Notes: a model not told the origin generated them from the letters alone. Positions 39,944 through 48,733 are shown, counted from the first letter of the stretch. The stretch: 64,000 nucleotides of DNA from Stellaceae bacterium (GCA_035507155.1 DATJOK010000126.1:1409-65408); one strand, 5' to 3'. Numbers and translations: made by a program.

Positions 39944-41391
39944 TGCCGACGCAGCGCCCGCTTTCCCGGCTGCTGCGCACCAACGCCTTCCGGCTGGCGG
40001 CGCTCTACCTGGCGCTGTTCGCCACCTCGGTGCTGTCGCTGCTGGCCTTCATCTATTTCTCCACCGCCGACCTCATCGAGCGGCAGACCGAGGCGACCCT
40101 CGACGCCGAGCTCACCGGCCTCTCGGAACAATATGAGCAGCGCGGCCTCACCGGGCTGGTGCAGATCATCGCCGAGCGCAGCGTCGGCGAGCGGCGCAGC
40201 GACGAGACGCTCTACCTGATCGTCAATTCGGATTATCAGCCGATCGCCGGCAATCTCTCGCAATGGCCGGAGGCGAAGAACGTCCGGCCGGGCTGGATCA
40301 GCTTTCCGATCGAGGTGAAGGAGAAGGGCATCACCGAGCGCCATCCCGCCCGCGCCACCACCTTCGACCTGCCGGGCGGATATCACCTGCTGATCGGTCG
40401 CGATCTGGAAAACGCCATCCTGTTCCGCGCCAGCATCCTGCGCACCTTGTCCTGGGCATCGCTGCTGACCCTGGGCCTCGGCGTGGTGGGCGGCCTCTTC
40501 ATGACCCACAACATGCTGCGGCGCGTCGACCAGGTGAACCGCACCAGCGAGCGCATCATCCACGGCGATCTCGCCCAGCGCGTCCCCCTCACCGGCTCCG
40601 GCGACGAGTTCGACCAGCTCGCCACCAACCTCAACGCCATGCTGGACCAGATCGAGCGGCTGATGGTGGGCATGCGCCAGGTCACCGACAACATCGCCCA
40701 CGACCTGCGCACGCCGCTGGCGCGGCTCCGCGCCCGCCTGGAAGTGACGCTGCTGGAGAAGCCGGACGCCCAGCGCTATGGCGAGGCGCTGCGGCAGACC
40801 ATCACCGAGGCGGACACGCTGCTCGGTACCTTCAACGCGCTCCTCAGCATCGCCGAGGCGGAGGCGGGCTCCCGGCGCGAGACGATGGCGGTGGTCAGTC
40901 TCGAGGAGATCGCGCGCTCGGTCGCCGAGCTCTACGAGCCGGTCGCCGACGAGAAGGGCCTGGAGCTCGCCGTCGATCTCGACAGCGGCGTCCTGGTGCG
41001 CGGCGACCGCCACCTGCTCTCCCAGGCGATCGCAAACCTGCTCGACAACGCGCTCAAGTACACGCCCTCAGGCGGCGTCTCCCTCATCGCCCGCAAGGGC
41101 GACGAGTGGGCGACGATCGAGGTCGCCGACAGCGGCCCCGGCGTGCCGCCGGAGAAGCGCGACGCCGTCTTCGACCGCTTCGTCCGCCTGGAGGGCAGCC
41201 GCAGCTCGCCCGGCAACGGGCTCGGCCTCAGCCTGGTGCGCGCGGTGGCGCGGCTCCACGGCGGCACGGTGCGGCTCGACGAGAGCCAGCCTGGCCAGCC
41301 GAGCCCCGGCCTCAAGGTGATCCTCACCTTGCCGATCAGCCAGCCGGTGGCGCTCCCCGCCCCCGCCGTCGAGCCGGCGCTCGGGGATTGA
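39940..41391 (+). CDS. Sensor histidine kinase (2 TM, HAMP, HisKA, HATPase_c)
   Basis: 483 aa with ATGA overlap on the regulator gene. The H-box is VTDNIAHDLRTPLARL, the N-box NLLDNALKYTP, and the G-boxes are DSGPGVP and GNGLGLSLV. Confidence 0.9.
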   Translation: MMPTQRPLSRLLRTNAFRLAALYLALFATSVLSLLAFIYFSTADLIERQTEATLDAELTGLSEQYEQRGLTGLVQIIAERSVGERRSDETLYLIVNSDYQPIAGNLSQWPEAKNVRPGWISFPIEVKEKGITERHPARATTFDLPGGYHLLIGRDLENAILFRASILRTLSWASLLTLGLGVVGGLFMTHNMLRRVDQVNRTSERIIHGDLAQRVPLTGSGDEFDQLATNLNAMLDQIERLMVGMRQVTDNIAHDLRTPLARLRARLEVTLLEKPDAQRYGEALRQTITEADTLLGTFNALLSIAEAEAGSRRETMAVVSLEEIARSVAELYEPVADEKGLELAVDLDSGVLVRGDRHLLSQAIANLLDNALKYTPSGGVSLIARKGDEWATIEVADSGPGVPPEKRDAVFDRFVRLEGSRSSPGNGLGLSLVRAVARLHGGTVRLDESQPGQPSPGLKVILTLPISQPVALPAPAVEPALGD

Positions 41392-42039
41392 TCAGCCGCC
41401 CGGGTTCGCGGCGGCGGTCTCCACCAGCCCATGCATGATCGAGAGCCGGATCAGGTCGGCGGTACGGCCGACGCCGAGCTTGGTCTTGAGCTGGCTGCAG
41501 TTGTTGGCGACGGTCTTGTAGCTGACGCCGATCGCTTCGGCGATGTCCGGCAGGCTGGCACCGCCGCCGAGCAGGCGCAGGATCTCGAGGTCGCGGCGCG
41601 AGAGACCTTCGAGCGCGTGCGAACGCTCGTGGACGCTCATCAGCGCCAGCTCCTGGGCGATCGCACTCTCGATGTAGCTCTGGCCGGCAGCGACGCGCCC
41701 GATCGCCTCCAGCACCTCGTCGGGTGGCGCGCTCTTGCTCAGATATCCCGCCGCTCCCGCCTGCAGCGCGCGGGTCACATAGATCAGGTCGTCATGCATG
41801 CTGAGGACGAGGATGCGCGCGGCCGCATCCTCCGCCTTGAGCCGCGCGATCACCTCGAGCCCGCCGATGCCCGGCAGGTTGAGATCGAGCAGCACGAGCT
41901 CGGGCCGGAACTCCCGGAAGAGGACGAGCGCTTCGCGACCGGACGCGGCCTCCCGTACCTCGTTCTCGCCGTCGCCGGCAAGCAGGCGCTGCAGCCCGGC
42001 GCGGCAGATCGGGTGGTCATCGACGATCAGGATTCTCAT
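41392..42039 (-). CDS. NarL/FixJ (LuxR-type) response regulator
   Basis: Track ORF 41392..42336. The start is at ATG 42039 (MRILIVDDHPICRAGL...DLNLPGIGG...). The C-terminal LuxR HTH is LSRRDLEILRLLGGGASLPDIAEAIGVSYKTVANNCSQLKTKLGV. Confidence 0.9.
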   Translation of the reverse strand: MRILIVDDHPICRAGLQRLLAGDGENEVREAASGREALVLFREFRPELVLLDLNLPGIGGLEVIARLKAEDAAARILVLSMHDDLIYVTRALQAGAAGYLSKSAPPDEVLEAIGRVAAGQSYIESAIAQELALMSVHERSHALEGLSRRDLEILRLLGGGASLPDIAEAIGVSYKTVANNCSQLKTKLGVGRTADLIRLSIMHGLVETAAANPGG

Positions 42040-43409
42040 GTGACACCTGCTTGCGCCGCCTCCGGCGCTTCTTCCCGTTGCCGTGAACACGGCACCACCG
42101 CGGTCACGGTGAGGCCGCCGCCGGAGCGATTGGCGAGCGCCAGGCGGCCGCCTCTCGCCCTGACGCGCTCGCTCATGCCGAGCAGGCCGAGACCGTGGAC
42201 CGAAGTCTCCTTCAGGCCACGCCCGTCGTCGCTCACCTGCACGGTCACCTCCGCGCGATCCGGTCCCCGCTCGGCGCGCTCGATGGCGACGCCGATGGTG
42301 CTTGGCCGGCCGTGGCGCACCGCATTGCTCAGGCATTCCTGCACCACGCGATAGACCGTGATATCGGTCGCCTCGCCGAGATCCGCGCAGCCGGGCGCCA
42401 TGCTGATGCGGTAGTCGATGTCGGGATGCCGTCGCCGCCAGAACTCGACGAGGTTGTCGAGCGCCGCCGTGAGGCCGAACTCCGTCAGCCCCACCGGGCG
42501 CAGACGACCGAGCATGCTCCGCACCTGCCGCTGCATCCGGCCGACCGCCTCGGCGATCCCCTGGACATGCCGGGCCGCCTCGCCCGCGCGACCCTCTCGC
42601 AGCAGGCGCGACAGGTTGGCGACGTCCAGGTTGATGGCGAAGAGGAAGGGGCCGACCTCGTCGTGGAGATCCCGGGCGAGATCCTTGCGCTCCTGCTCCT
42701 GCAGGATGAGCAGCTGCTCATTGAGGCGGCGGTTGTCGGCATCGACCTCGGCGAGCTGCGCCACCATGCGATTGAAGCTGTCGCGCAGGCGCGCCAGCTC
42801 CGGCGTCAGGCGCTCCTCGATCCGCGTCCCGTAGTCGCCGCGGCCGACCCGCTCAAGCGCCGCACCCATGCGCTCGAGCGGGCGCAGCGCGCGGCCGGTG
42901 AAGAAGTAGATCAGCAGCACGGTCAGGCCGGAGAAAAGACCCAGCACCATCAGGCTGTCGCCGAGCTGATCCCAGACCTCGAGAATCTCGTTGTGGGGAT
43001 CGGTCTCGAGCACGACCGAGCCATAGGATCGTCCGGCGACAGTGACCGGCACGCGCTCGATCGCCGGCGCCACGCCCACGACATCGATGAACCAGCGAGG
43101 CAGGCGGCCGAACGGCGCGCTTTCCACCGGCGGCAGCGCGATGGCGCTTGCATCCTCCGTCAGGGTAACGCGCAAGTGCCGATTGCCCCGGAAGGAGGCA
43201 ACGAGGCGCTCGAGATCGCGACGGGGATCGGCGGCGCCCGGCAGATCCCGGACGCCATTCTCGATCGTCTGCCGGCCCACGATCAGCGCCGAGCGCATCT
43301 CGTTTCGCACCGAGCGCGACGCGTTGACGGCGGCGATCAAGCCGCCGAAAGCGAGGCTGACGGCGAGAACCGTCGCCACCAGACCGATCAGCCGAACGCG
43401 CAGGGACAC
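42036..43409 (-). CDS. Sensor histidine kinase, NarX/DesK class (HAMP + HisKA_3 + HATPase_c)
   Basis: 457 aa. It has an N-terminal TM helix, a ~130-aa periplasmic domain, a second TM helix and a HAMP domain. The H-box is LARDLHDEVGPFLFAI, followed by GLGLLGMSERV. ATGA overlap with the downstream regulator. Confidence 0.88.
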   Translation of the reverse strand: MSLRVRLIGLVATVLAVSLAFGGLIAAVNASRSVRNEMRSALIVGRQTIENGVRDLPGAADPRRDLERLVASFRGNRHLRVTLTEDASAIALPPVESAPFGRLPRWFIDVVGVAPAIERVPVTVAGRSYGSVVLETDPHNEILEVWDQLGDSLMVLGLFSGLTVLLIYFFTGRALRPLERMGAALERVGRGDYGTRIEERLTPELARLRDSFNRMVAQLAEVDADNRRLNEQLLILQEQERKDLARDLHDEVGPFLFAINLDVANLSRLLREGRAGEAARHVQGIAEAVGRMQRQVRSMLGRLRPVGLTEFGLTAALDNLVEFWRRRHPDIDYRISMAPGCADLGEATDITVYRVVQECLSNAVRHGRPSTIGVAIERAERGPDRAEVTVQVSDDGRGLKETSVHGLGLLGMSERVRARGGRLALANRSGGGLTVTAVVPCSRQREEAPEAAQAGVT

Positions 43410-43510
43410 TGTCAGACCCTCGCCTCAGTCGCCGCCAGGACTCCGACCCAGCATGCCACGCCCGTTTGGCCTCTGCCAATCAAGCGCGGGATCGGCGGGC
43501 CCACTGCGAA

Positions 43511-43529
43511 TTCGGGAAATTTTCCCGAA
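43511..43529. promoter_or_regulatory. Perfect 19-bp palindrome (9-1-9) TTCGGGAAA-T-TTTCCCGAA, candidate operator
   Basis: It lies in the 212-bp divergent intergenic region, 92 nt upstream of the TonB-dependent receptor ATG and ~100 nt upstream of the kinase start. Confidence 0.4.
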
Positions 43530-43621
43530 GAAATCGGGCATTCCAGACATAGCCAAGCGCGACACTTGGCGTCGTAATAGCTGAAACAAAGAGTGTCCCG
43601 ACAAGCAAGACGGGAGGGGGA

Positions 43622-45982
43622 ATGGCCGGACGACGGATCTGGCTCGCCGGGGGAGTAGGCCTCGCGCTCGCCTGCTCTGCCGCAAGGGCGCAGACTGCGC
43701 CCCCGGCCGATGAGGCCACAACCACGCTCCCTACCGTCGAGGTGATCGGCACCACGCCGCTGCCGGGCACCGGCATCGATCGCGACAAGGTGCCCGCCAA
43801 CGTCCAGAGCGTCACCCACTCCGACCTGACCCGCGAGGGCACGCCGAGCCTGACGAATGCGCTCAAGGATCAGACCGGCAGCGTCAACACCAACGACAAC
43901 CTGGTCGACCAGTTCCAGCCGGATATCCTCTATCGCGGCTTCGAGGCCTCCCCGGTGCTGGGCACGCCGCAGGGGATCGCGGTCTACCAGAACGGCGTCC
44001 GCGTCAATGAGGCCTTCGGCGACGCCGTCAACTGGGACCTGATCCCCGATTTCGCCATCGATCGCCTCGACATCGTCAGCTCCAATCCCGTCTATGGCCT
44101 GAACGCCCTCGGCGGTGCCGCCGTGGTGACCATGAAGAACGGCTTCACCTACCAGGGCTTCGAGAGCGAGCTCGCCGGCGGCTCCTTCAATCAGTTCAGC
44201 TCCACCTTCCAGTACGGCAAGCAGGTCGAGGGCATCGGCGCCTATATCGGCGGTCGCTACTACGATTCCGACGGCTGGCGCCAGTTCTCGCCGGACAACG
44301 TGAAGCAGATCTATGCCGATGTCGGCGGCCGCAACGACCGCTTCTCGCTCGACATCAATTTCACCGGCGCCAACAACCGCCTCTTCGGGCAGGGCACCAC
44401 GCCGATCCAGACGCTGGCGGTCGACCGGTCCCTCGACTTCACCACGCCGCAGAACAATTTCGACGAGCTCTATTTCGTGACGCTGAACGGCTCCTACCAG
44501 GCAACCGACGACTTGTCCTTCCAGGCCAATGCCTATCGGCGCGAATTCCACCAGACGGTTTCCAACGGCGACACCAGCGACTTCACCGCCTGCGACCCGG
44601 CGAACGGCTTCCTCTGCCAGTCGGACGCGGCGACGCCGCTGACGCAAGCGAACGGCAGCGGCATCCCCGATGTCACCAACGGCGGTGCCTCCATTCTCGG
44701 CCAGAACGACAGCGAGACGATCCACGCCGTCGGCATCGGCGGAACCCTGCAGACCACCTACACTGGGGACGTCTTCGGTCACGAGAACAACTTCGTGTTC
44801 GGCGGCAGCCTCGATCACTCCGACGTCGATTTCCAGTCCACCACCGAGATCGGCCTCATCAACGGCGCACTGCAGGTGATCCCCTCCGGGTTCTTCGTCT
44901 CGACCGCCGAGAATACGGGTTTCCTCGCAACGCCGGTGAGCCTCGGCGCCTCGAACACCTACTACGGCGTCTTCCTGACCGACACCTTCACCGTGACGCC
45001 GAAGTTCGCGGTCACCGCCAGCGGCCGCTACAACCTCGCCCAGATCGATCTGGTGGACCGGCTGGGGCCGAACCTGACCGGCCAGAGCCGCTACAGCCGC
45101 TTCAATCCGGCGATCGGCGGCACCTACAAGTTCTTGCCGAACCTCACCGGCTACTTCGGCTATTCCGAGGGCAACCGGGCGCCGACACCAAGCGAGATCG
45201 AGTGCTCCAACCCGGCACAGCCCTGCGTCCTGCCCTCCTCGCTCTCCTCCGATCCGCCCACGCTGAAGCAGGTGGTCTCGCATACCTACGAAGGAGGGCT
45301 GCGCGGCTCCTTCGGCCTCAAGGACCTGCTGCCGGGCCGCTTCAAGTGGAACGCCGGGCTGTTCCGCACCGATCTCGACGACGACATCTATGCCGTCGCC
45401 ACGTCGATCAGCACCGGCTTCTTCCAGAACATCGGGTCGACGCGTCGGCAGGGCATCGAGACCGGTCTCGGCTATGTCGACGAGAGTTGGTCGGTCTACG
45501 GCAGCTACAGTCTCGTCGACGCGACCTTCCAGTCGCCGCTCACGCTGCCCTCGCCGAGCAACCCCCTCGCCGACGCCAGTGGCAACATCAGCGTCGTGCC
45601 CGGCGACCATCTGCCGGGCATTCCCATGCACCAGCTCAAGGTGGGTGCCGACTATCACGTTACCGACCACTGGACCGTCGGCGCGGTCTTCACCTATTTC
45701 AGCGACCAGTATTACCGCGGCGACGAATCAAACCAGAATCCGAAGCTGCCCGGCTACGAGGTGGTCAATCTCCACAGCTCCTACACCGTCACCAAGAATC
45801 TCGAGATCTTCGCGAACCTCCAGAACGCCTTCGACACCCACTACGCGACGGTCGGGGCCTTTGGCGATCCGACCGGCGTGGGCGCCCCTGGCGTGCCGAC
45901 CAATGGCACCGGCGTCGACAACCGCTTCGTCGGGCCGGCGCCGCCCATCTCCGTCTTCGGCGGCATTCGCATCCGGTTCTAG
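43622..45982 (+). CDS. TonB-dependent outer-membrane receptor
   Basis: 786 aa. It has a signal peptide (...ACSAARAQT), a TonB-box-like TLPTVEVIG and a plug domain (ILYRGFEASPVLGTPQGIAVYQNGVRVNE). A long beta-barrel ends in ...FGGIRIRF. SD is GGGAGGGGG. Confidence 0.92.
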   Translation: MAGRRIWLAGGVGLALACSAARAQTAPPADEATTTLPTVEVIGTTPLPGTGIDRDKVPANVQSVTHSDLTREGTPSLTNALKDQTGSVNTNDNLVDQFQPDILYRGFEASPVLGTPQGIAVYQNGVRVNEAFGDAVNWDLIPDFAIDRLDIVSSNPVYGLNALGGAAVVTMKNGFTYQGFESELAGGSFNQFSSTFQYGKQVEGIGAYIGGRYYDSDGWRQFSPDNVKQIYADVGGRNDRFSLDINFTGANNRLFGQGTTPIQTLAVDRSLDFTTPQNNFDELYFVTLNGSYQATDDLSFQANAYRREFHQTVSNGDTSDFTACDPANGFLCQSDAATPLTQANGSGIPDVTNGGASILGQNDSETIHAVGIGGTLQTTYTGDVFGHENNFVFGGSLDHSDVDFQSTTEIGLINGALQVIPSGFFVSTAENTGFLATPVSLGASNTYYGVFLTDTFTVTPKFAVTASGRYNLAQIDLVDRLGPNLTGQSRYSRFNPAIGGTYKFLPNLTGYFGYSEGNRAPTPSEIECSNPAQPCVLPSSLSSDPPTLKQVVSHTYEGGLRGSFGLKDLLPGRFKWNAGLFRTDLDDDIYAVATSISTGFFQNIGSTRRQGIETGLGYVDESWSVYGSYSLVDATFQSPLTLPSPSNPLADASGNISVVPGDHLPGIPMHQLKVGADYHVTDHWTVGAVFTYFSDQYYRGDESNQNPKLPGYEVVNLHSSYTVTKNLEIFANLQNAFDTHYATVGAFGDPTGVGAPGVPTNGTGVDNRFVGPAPPISVFGGIRIRF

Positions 45983-46023
45983 GCGGCGTGACCCCCGGAG
46001 GCGGCTCTGGCCCCGGAATCGCT

Positions 46024-46054
46024 GCGCCGCGCCCGGACGGCCCGGGCGCGGCGC
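46024..46054. terminator. 13-bp GC hairpin between convergent genes (terminator-like, no U-tract)
   Basis: GCGCCGCGCCCGG (46024-46036) pairs with CCGGGCGCGGCGC (46042-46054) across a 5-nt loop. Confidence 0.35.
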
Positions 46055-46101
46055 TGGTAGGCTCCTGGGGTAGAGGGGCTGGAGGAAAGCCGGCGGCTTC
46101 C

Positions 46102-46296
46102 TCAATGGGCCTGGCAGCAGGCGCTGTGCTCGGCGCCGGCCTGCTGGCGGTGCGCGAGATCGCAGGCCATCCGGCGGATCTGCAGCCGAAACTCCTCGGC
46201 GCTGAGCCCGGCGCTGCGCATCACCGGCACCATGATCTCGTCGCCGAGCAGGTCATCGATGCTGGGCTCCACCACCTCGATCTTCCACTTGTGCAT
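46102..46296 (-). CDS. 64-aa hypothetical protein
   Basis: A strong SD (GGAGGAGGG) lies just upstream of the ATG at 46296. The product is MHKWKIEVVEPSIDDLLGDEIMVPVMRSAGLSAEEFRLQIRRMACDLAHRQQAGAEHSACCQAH. No family recognised. Confidence 0.5.
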   Translation of the reverse strand: MHKWKIEVVEPSIDDLLGDEIMVPVMRSAGLSAEEFRLQIRRMACDLAHRQQAGAEHSACCQAH

Positions 46297-46493
46297 CGGG
46301 TCCCTCCTCCGTTTTCGACCCTCCTACGATCCCGGCGAAGAATGACTAAATCGTGGCGAGGCAGCGGTCATTTGACGGCTTTTGAGCTATCTCGGCCGGC
46401 TCTTTTGCGAAGTGTGACCGAGCGTTGCATGCTGCGTCGCAACGCATCTCGCCACCGCGATCCGCGACCGCCCGCGGCGGCACGCGAGAACGT

Positions 46494-46787
46494 TCAGCGC
46501 AGCGCCTTAACCAAGCGCCGGTAGTCGGCCTCGGGGAAAGCGCGCAGGGTGACGGTGGAGACCGCCCCGGTTCGGCCGATGATCAGCGCGAAGTTTGCCG
46601 CCGCCTCGTCGTCCGGCATGTCATAGATGGCGATCACGTCGTAGGAGCCCATGGTGAGATAGAACTCGCGCATGCGGCCGCCCAGCTTGCGCGCCAGCGC
46701 CTTCGCCTTGTCGAGGCGCTTGGGCGCATCCTTAACCGACTTGATGCCCTCGGGCGTGTATTTGCAGAGCGCGATATAGGTGGCCAT
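46494..46787 (-). CDS. GYD domain-containing protein
   Basis: 97 aa. MATYIALCKYTPEGIKSVKDAPKRLDKAKALARKLGGRMREFYLTMGSYDVIAIYDMPDDEAAANFALIIG matches the GYD-family pattern, including the G-Y-D triad. Confidence 0.8.
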   Translation of the reverse strand: MATYIALCKYTPEGIKSVKDAPKRLDKAKALARKLGGRMREFYLTMGSYDVIAIYDMPDDEAAANFALIIGRTGAVSTVTLRAFPEADYRRLVKALR

Positions 46788-46859
46788 GGCAACCTCCTGC
46801 CGCTTGCAGAGGCAGAGAGTGCCAGAAACCTCGCTCGGATTGAAGAGAGCCGGCTCGGC

Positions 46860-47348
46860 CTATGGCCGGTCCGAGCGGCGGTGATAGATGGTGATCGCCA
46901 GCAGCATGTCGACGCCCTGGCCGTCCCGGGCCAGCGGCAGCATCAGCCGCTCGATCTCGCGGACGTCATCGCTGATCGGGAAGACCGGCTGGCCTCTCCG
47001 GTAGGAGGGTACCGCGCGATCGGCCAGCGCGATGAATTCGGGATAGCTGGCGAAGCTCTCGAAATTGGGATGCAGCTCATGCATCCATTGGCCGGTCGCG
47101 TCGCGGCCGGAGACCCGGCGATGCTCGGTACCGGTGACCCGGTAGCGGAATCGCAGGGGATTGCGATGGATGTCAAGCAGCCAGACCCAGGGGAGCAGCG
47201 CTGGAATATGGAGCGGGTCGAAATGCTGACGACCGGGCAGCCGGCCGCCGCCCGGCGCGATCGACAGCCAGTACTCGTGGAACTGACGGAGACGCCGGTC
47301 ACAGTCCGGCGGCAGGACTTCCGTCATTCTGGTATCCAAGTCTTGCAT
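46860..47348 (-). CDS. PAS_5 (DUF1457)-type PAS domain protein
   Basis: 162 aa. ...LRQFHEYWLSIAPGGGRLPGRQHFDPLHIPALLPWVWLLDIHRNPLRFRYRVTGTEH... is typical of the stand-alone alphaproteobacterial PAS_5 family. Confidence 0.7.
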   Translation of the reverse strand: MQDLDTRMTEVLPPDCDRRLRQFHEYWLSIAPGGGRLPGRQHFDPLHIPALLPWVWLLDIHRNPLRFRYRVTGTEHRRVSGRDATGQWMHELHPNFESFASYPEFIALADRAVPSYRRGQPVFPISDDVREIERLMLPLARDGQGVDMLLAITIYHRRSDRP

Positions 47349-47525
47349 CCACCCAGATCCAAGCCGTGCAGGCCCAGGGTCCGAGGATGCGCCGGAGGTG
47401 TTAAGCCGAGGTGAAAATTGGCGAGCACTCTCTAGCCATAATGGTGCTGGCCGCCTCTACTCTCTCGGGTCAAACCCCGCCGGAACGGCATAAAACCGCA
47501 ACGCTTTTCCGCAAAGGAGCCGCCG

Positions 47526-48029
47526 ATGGCCGAATTCACGGTGAACCCGACCCGCCATGACCCCTACAAGAATTTCAAGTTCCGCTTGAAATGGGATGGC
47601 CAGTACATCGCCGGCATCAGCAAGGTGAGCCCGCTGGTCCGACGCACCGAGGTGATCATGCACCGCGAGGGCGGCGATCCCTCCACCAGCCGGAAATCGC
47701 CGGGCCGCACCGAGTTCGATGCCATCACCCTGGAGCGCGGCATCACCTACGATCCGGCTTTCGAGAATTGGGCCAACAAGGTCTGGCAATTCAGCGGCAG
47801 CCCCGAGGTGGCGCTCGCCGACTTCCGCAAGAACATCACCCTCGAGATCTACAACGAGGCGGGCCAGCTCATCTTCGCCTACCAGATCTTCCGCTGCTGG
47901 GTTTCCGAGTTCCAGGCGCTCCCCGAACTCGACGCCAACGCCACCGCGGTCGCGATCCAATACATCAAGCTCGAGAACGAGGGCTGGATGCGCGACACCT
48001 CCGTGGTCGAGCAGCCGGAGCCGAGCTAA
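47526..48029 (+). CDS. T4 gp19-like contractile-tail tube protein homologue (orphan)
   Basis: 167 aa with SD AAAGGAG. The hallmark blocks DPYKNFKFRLKWDG, HREGGDPSTSRKSPGRTEFDAITLERGITYD, FENWANKVW and IKLENEGWMRD belong to the phage tail region / tail-tube family. Confidence 0.85.
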   Translation: MAEFTVNPTRHDPYKNFKFRLKWDGQYIAGISKVSPLVRRTEVIMHREGGDPSTSRKSPGRTEFDAITLERGITYDPAFENWANKVWQFSGSPEVALADFRKNITLEIYNEAGQLIFAYQIFRCWVSEFQALPELDANATAVAIQYIKLENEGWMRDTSVVEQPEPS

Positions 48030-48733
48030 CCCGCCCGCGTCGGGATCTGGAGACCGCGCTGCACCGCAGGCCGGGCAAGCCCGCGCTCGAGCCAGTCCGG
48101 CACCCGCCTCAGCGCGTCGAAGGCGACGAGCTCGCGGGCGCCATAGAAGCCCACGAGGTTGCGCACCCAGCCGAGATGAGCGACGTCGGCGACGGTGTAC
48201 TCGTCGCCCATGATCCAGCTCCGGCCCTCGAGCCGCGTCTCCAACACGCCGAGCAGCCGCTTCGATTCCGCCACATACCGCTCCAGCGGCCGCTTGTCGG
48301 CGATCTCGCGGCCGGCGAATTTGTGGAAGTAGCCTACCTGTCCGAACATCGGCCCGACATTCGCCATCTGGAAGAAGACCCACTGGATGGTCTCCCAGCG
48401 CGCCGCCGCGCCCGTCGGCAGCAGCTTGCCGGTCTTCTCGCCGAGATAGAGCAGGATGGCGCCGGATTCGAAGAGGCCGAACGGCACGCCCTCCGGCCCA
48501 TCGGGATCGATGATGGCCGGGATCTTGCCGTTGGGATTGAGCGACAGGAATTCCGGCGTCGAGCTCTCGTTCCTGCCGATTTCGATGGCGTGCGGCTCAT
48601 AGGGAAGACCAATCTCCTCCAGCATGACCGAGACCTTGACGCCGTTCGGCGTCGGCAGCGAGTAGAGCTGCAGCCGGTCGGGATGCTGCGCCGGCCAGCG
48701 CCGGGTGATCGGGAACAGGGAGAGATCAGCCAT
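48026..48733 (-). CDS. Nu-class glutathione S-transferase (YfcG/YghU-like)
   Basis: Track ORF 48026..48775. The start is at ATG 48733 (MADLSLFPI...). It carries LYSLPTPNGVKVSVMLEE, NPNGKIPAIIDPDGP, FESGAILLYLGEKTG and WVFFQMANVGPMFGQ. Confidence 0.9.
   Translation of the reverse strand: MADLSLFPITRRWPAQHPDRLQLYSLPTPNGVKVSVMLEEIGLPYEPHAIEIGRNESSTPEFLSLNPNGKIPAIIDPDGPEGVPFGLFESGAILLYLGEKTGKLLPTGAAARWETIQWVFFQMANVGPMFGQVGYFHKFAGREIADKRPLERYVAESKRLLGVLETRLEGRSWIMGDEYTVADVAHLGWVRNLVGFYGARELVAFDALRRVPDWLERGLARPAVQRGLQIPTRAG

Noticed and set aside
43495-43535. CCACTGCGAATTCGGGAA resembles the GCCACTG...GGGAAG part of cobalamin riboswitches, upstream of a TonB-dependent receptor
   Set aside because: The other conserved riboswitch elements (the GGGAA/GGTG...AATCC core and the CCCGCAACTGT-type stretch) are absent from the 212-nt leader. 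The similarity also falls inside the perfect palindrome, which fits a protein operator better.
43412-45670. 752-aa minus-strand ORF. Similar long antisense ORFs are at 53762-56323, 36053-38899, 19395-21452, 10136-12133, 13591-15543, 15396-17966 and 58469-60463.
   Set aside because: Each lies opposite, or out of frame with, a gene with strong homology signals (TonB receptor, Mo subunit, cfa/ligase, lptD, pepA, membrane proteins). Their compositions are the usual GC-rich shadow-frame pattern.
46102-48733. Possible degraded prophage or contractile injection system around the tail-tube gene
   Set aside because: I recognise no sheath, baseplate, capsid, terminase, integrase, lysis or tRNA/att features in the flanks. 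The neighbours are PAS, GYD, GST and LysR genes. I therefore report it as an orphan gene rather than a mobile element.
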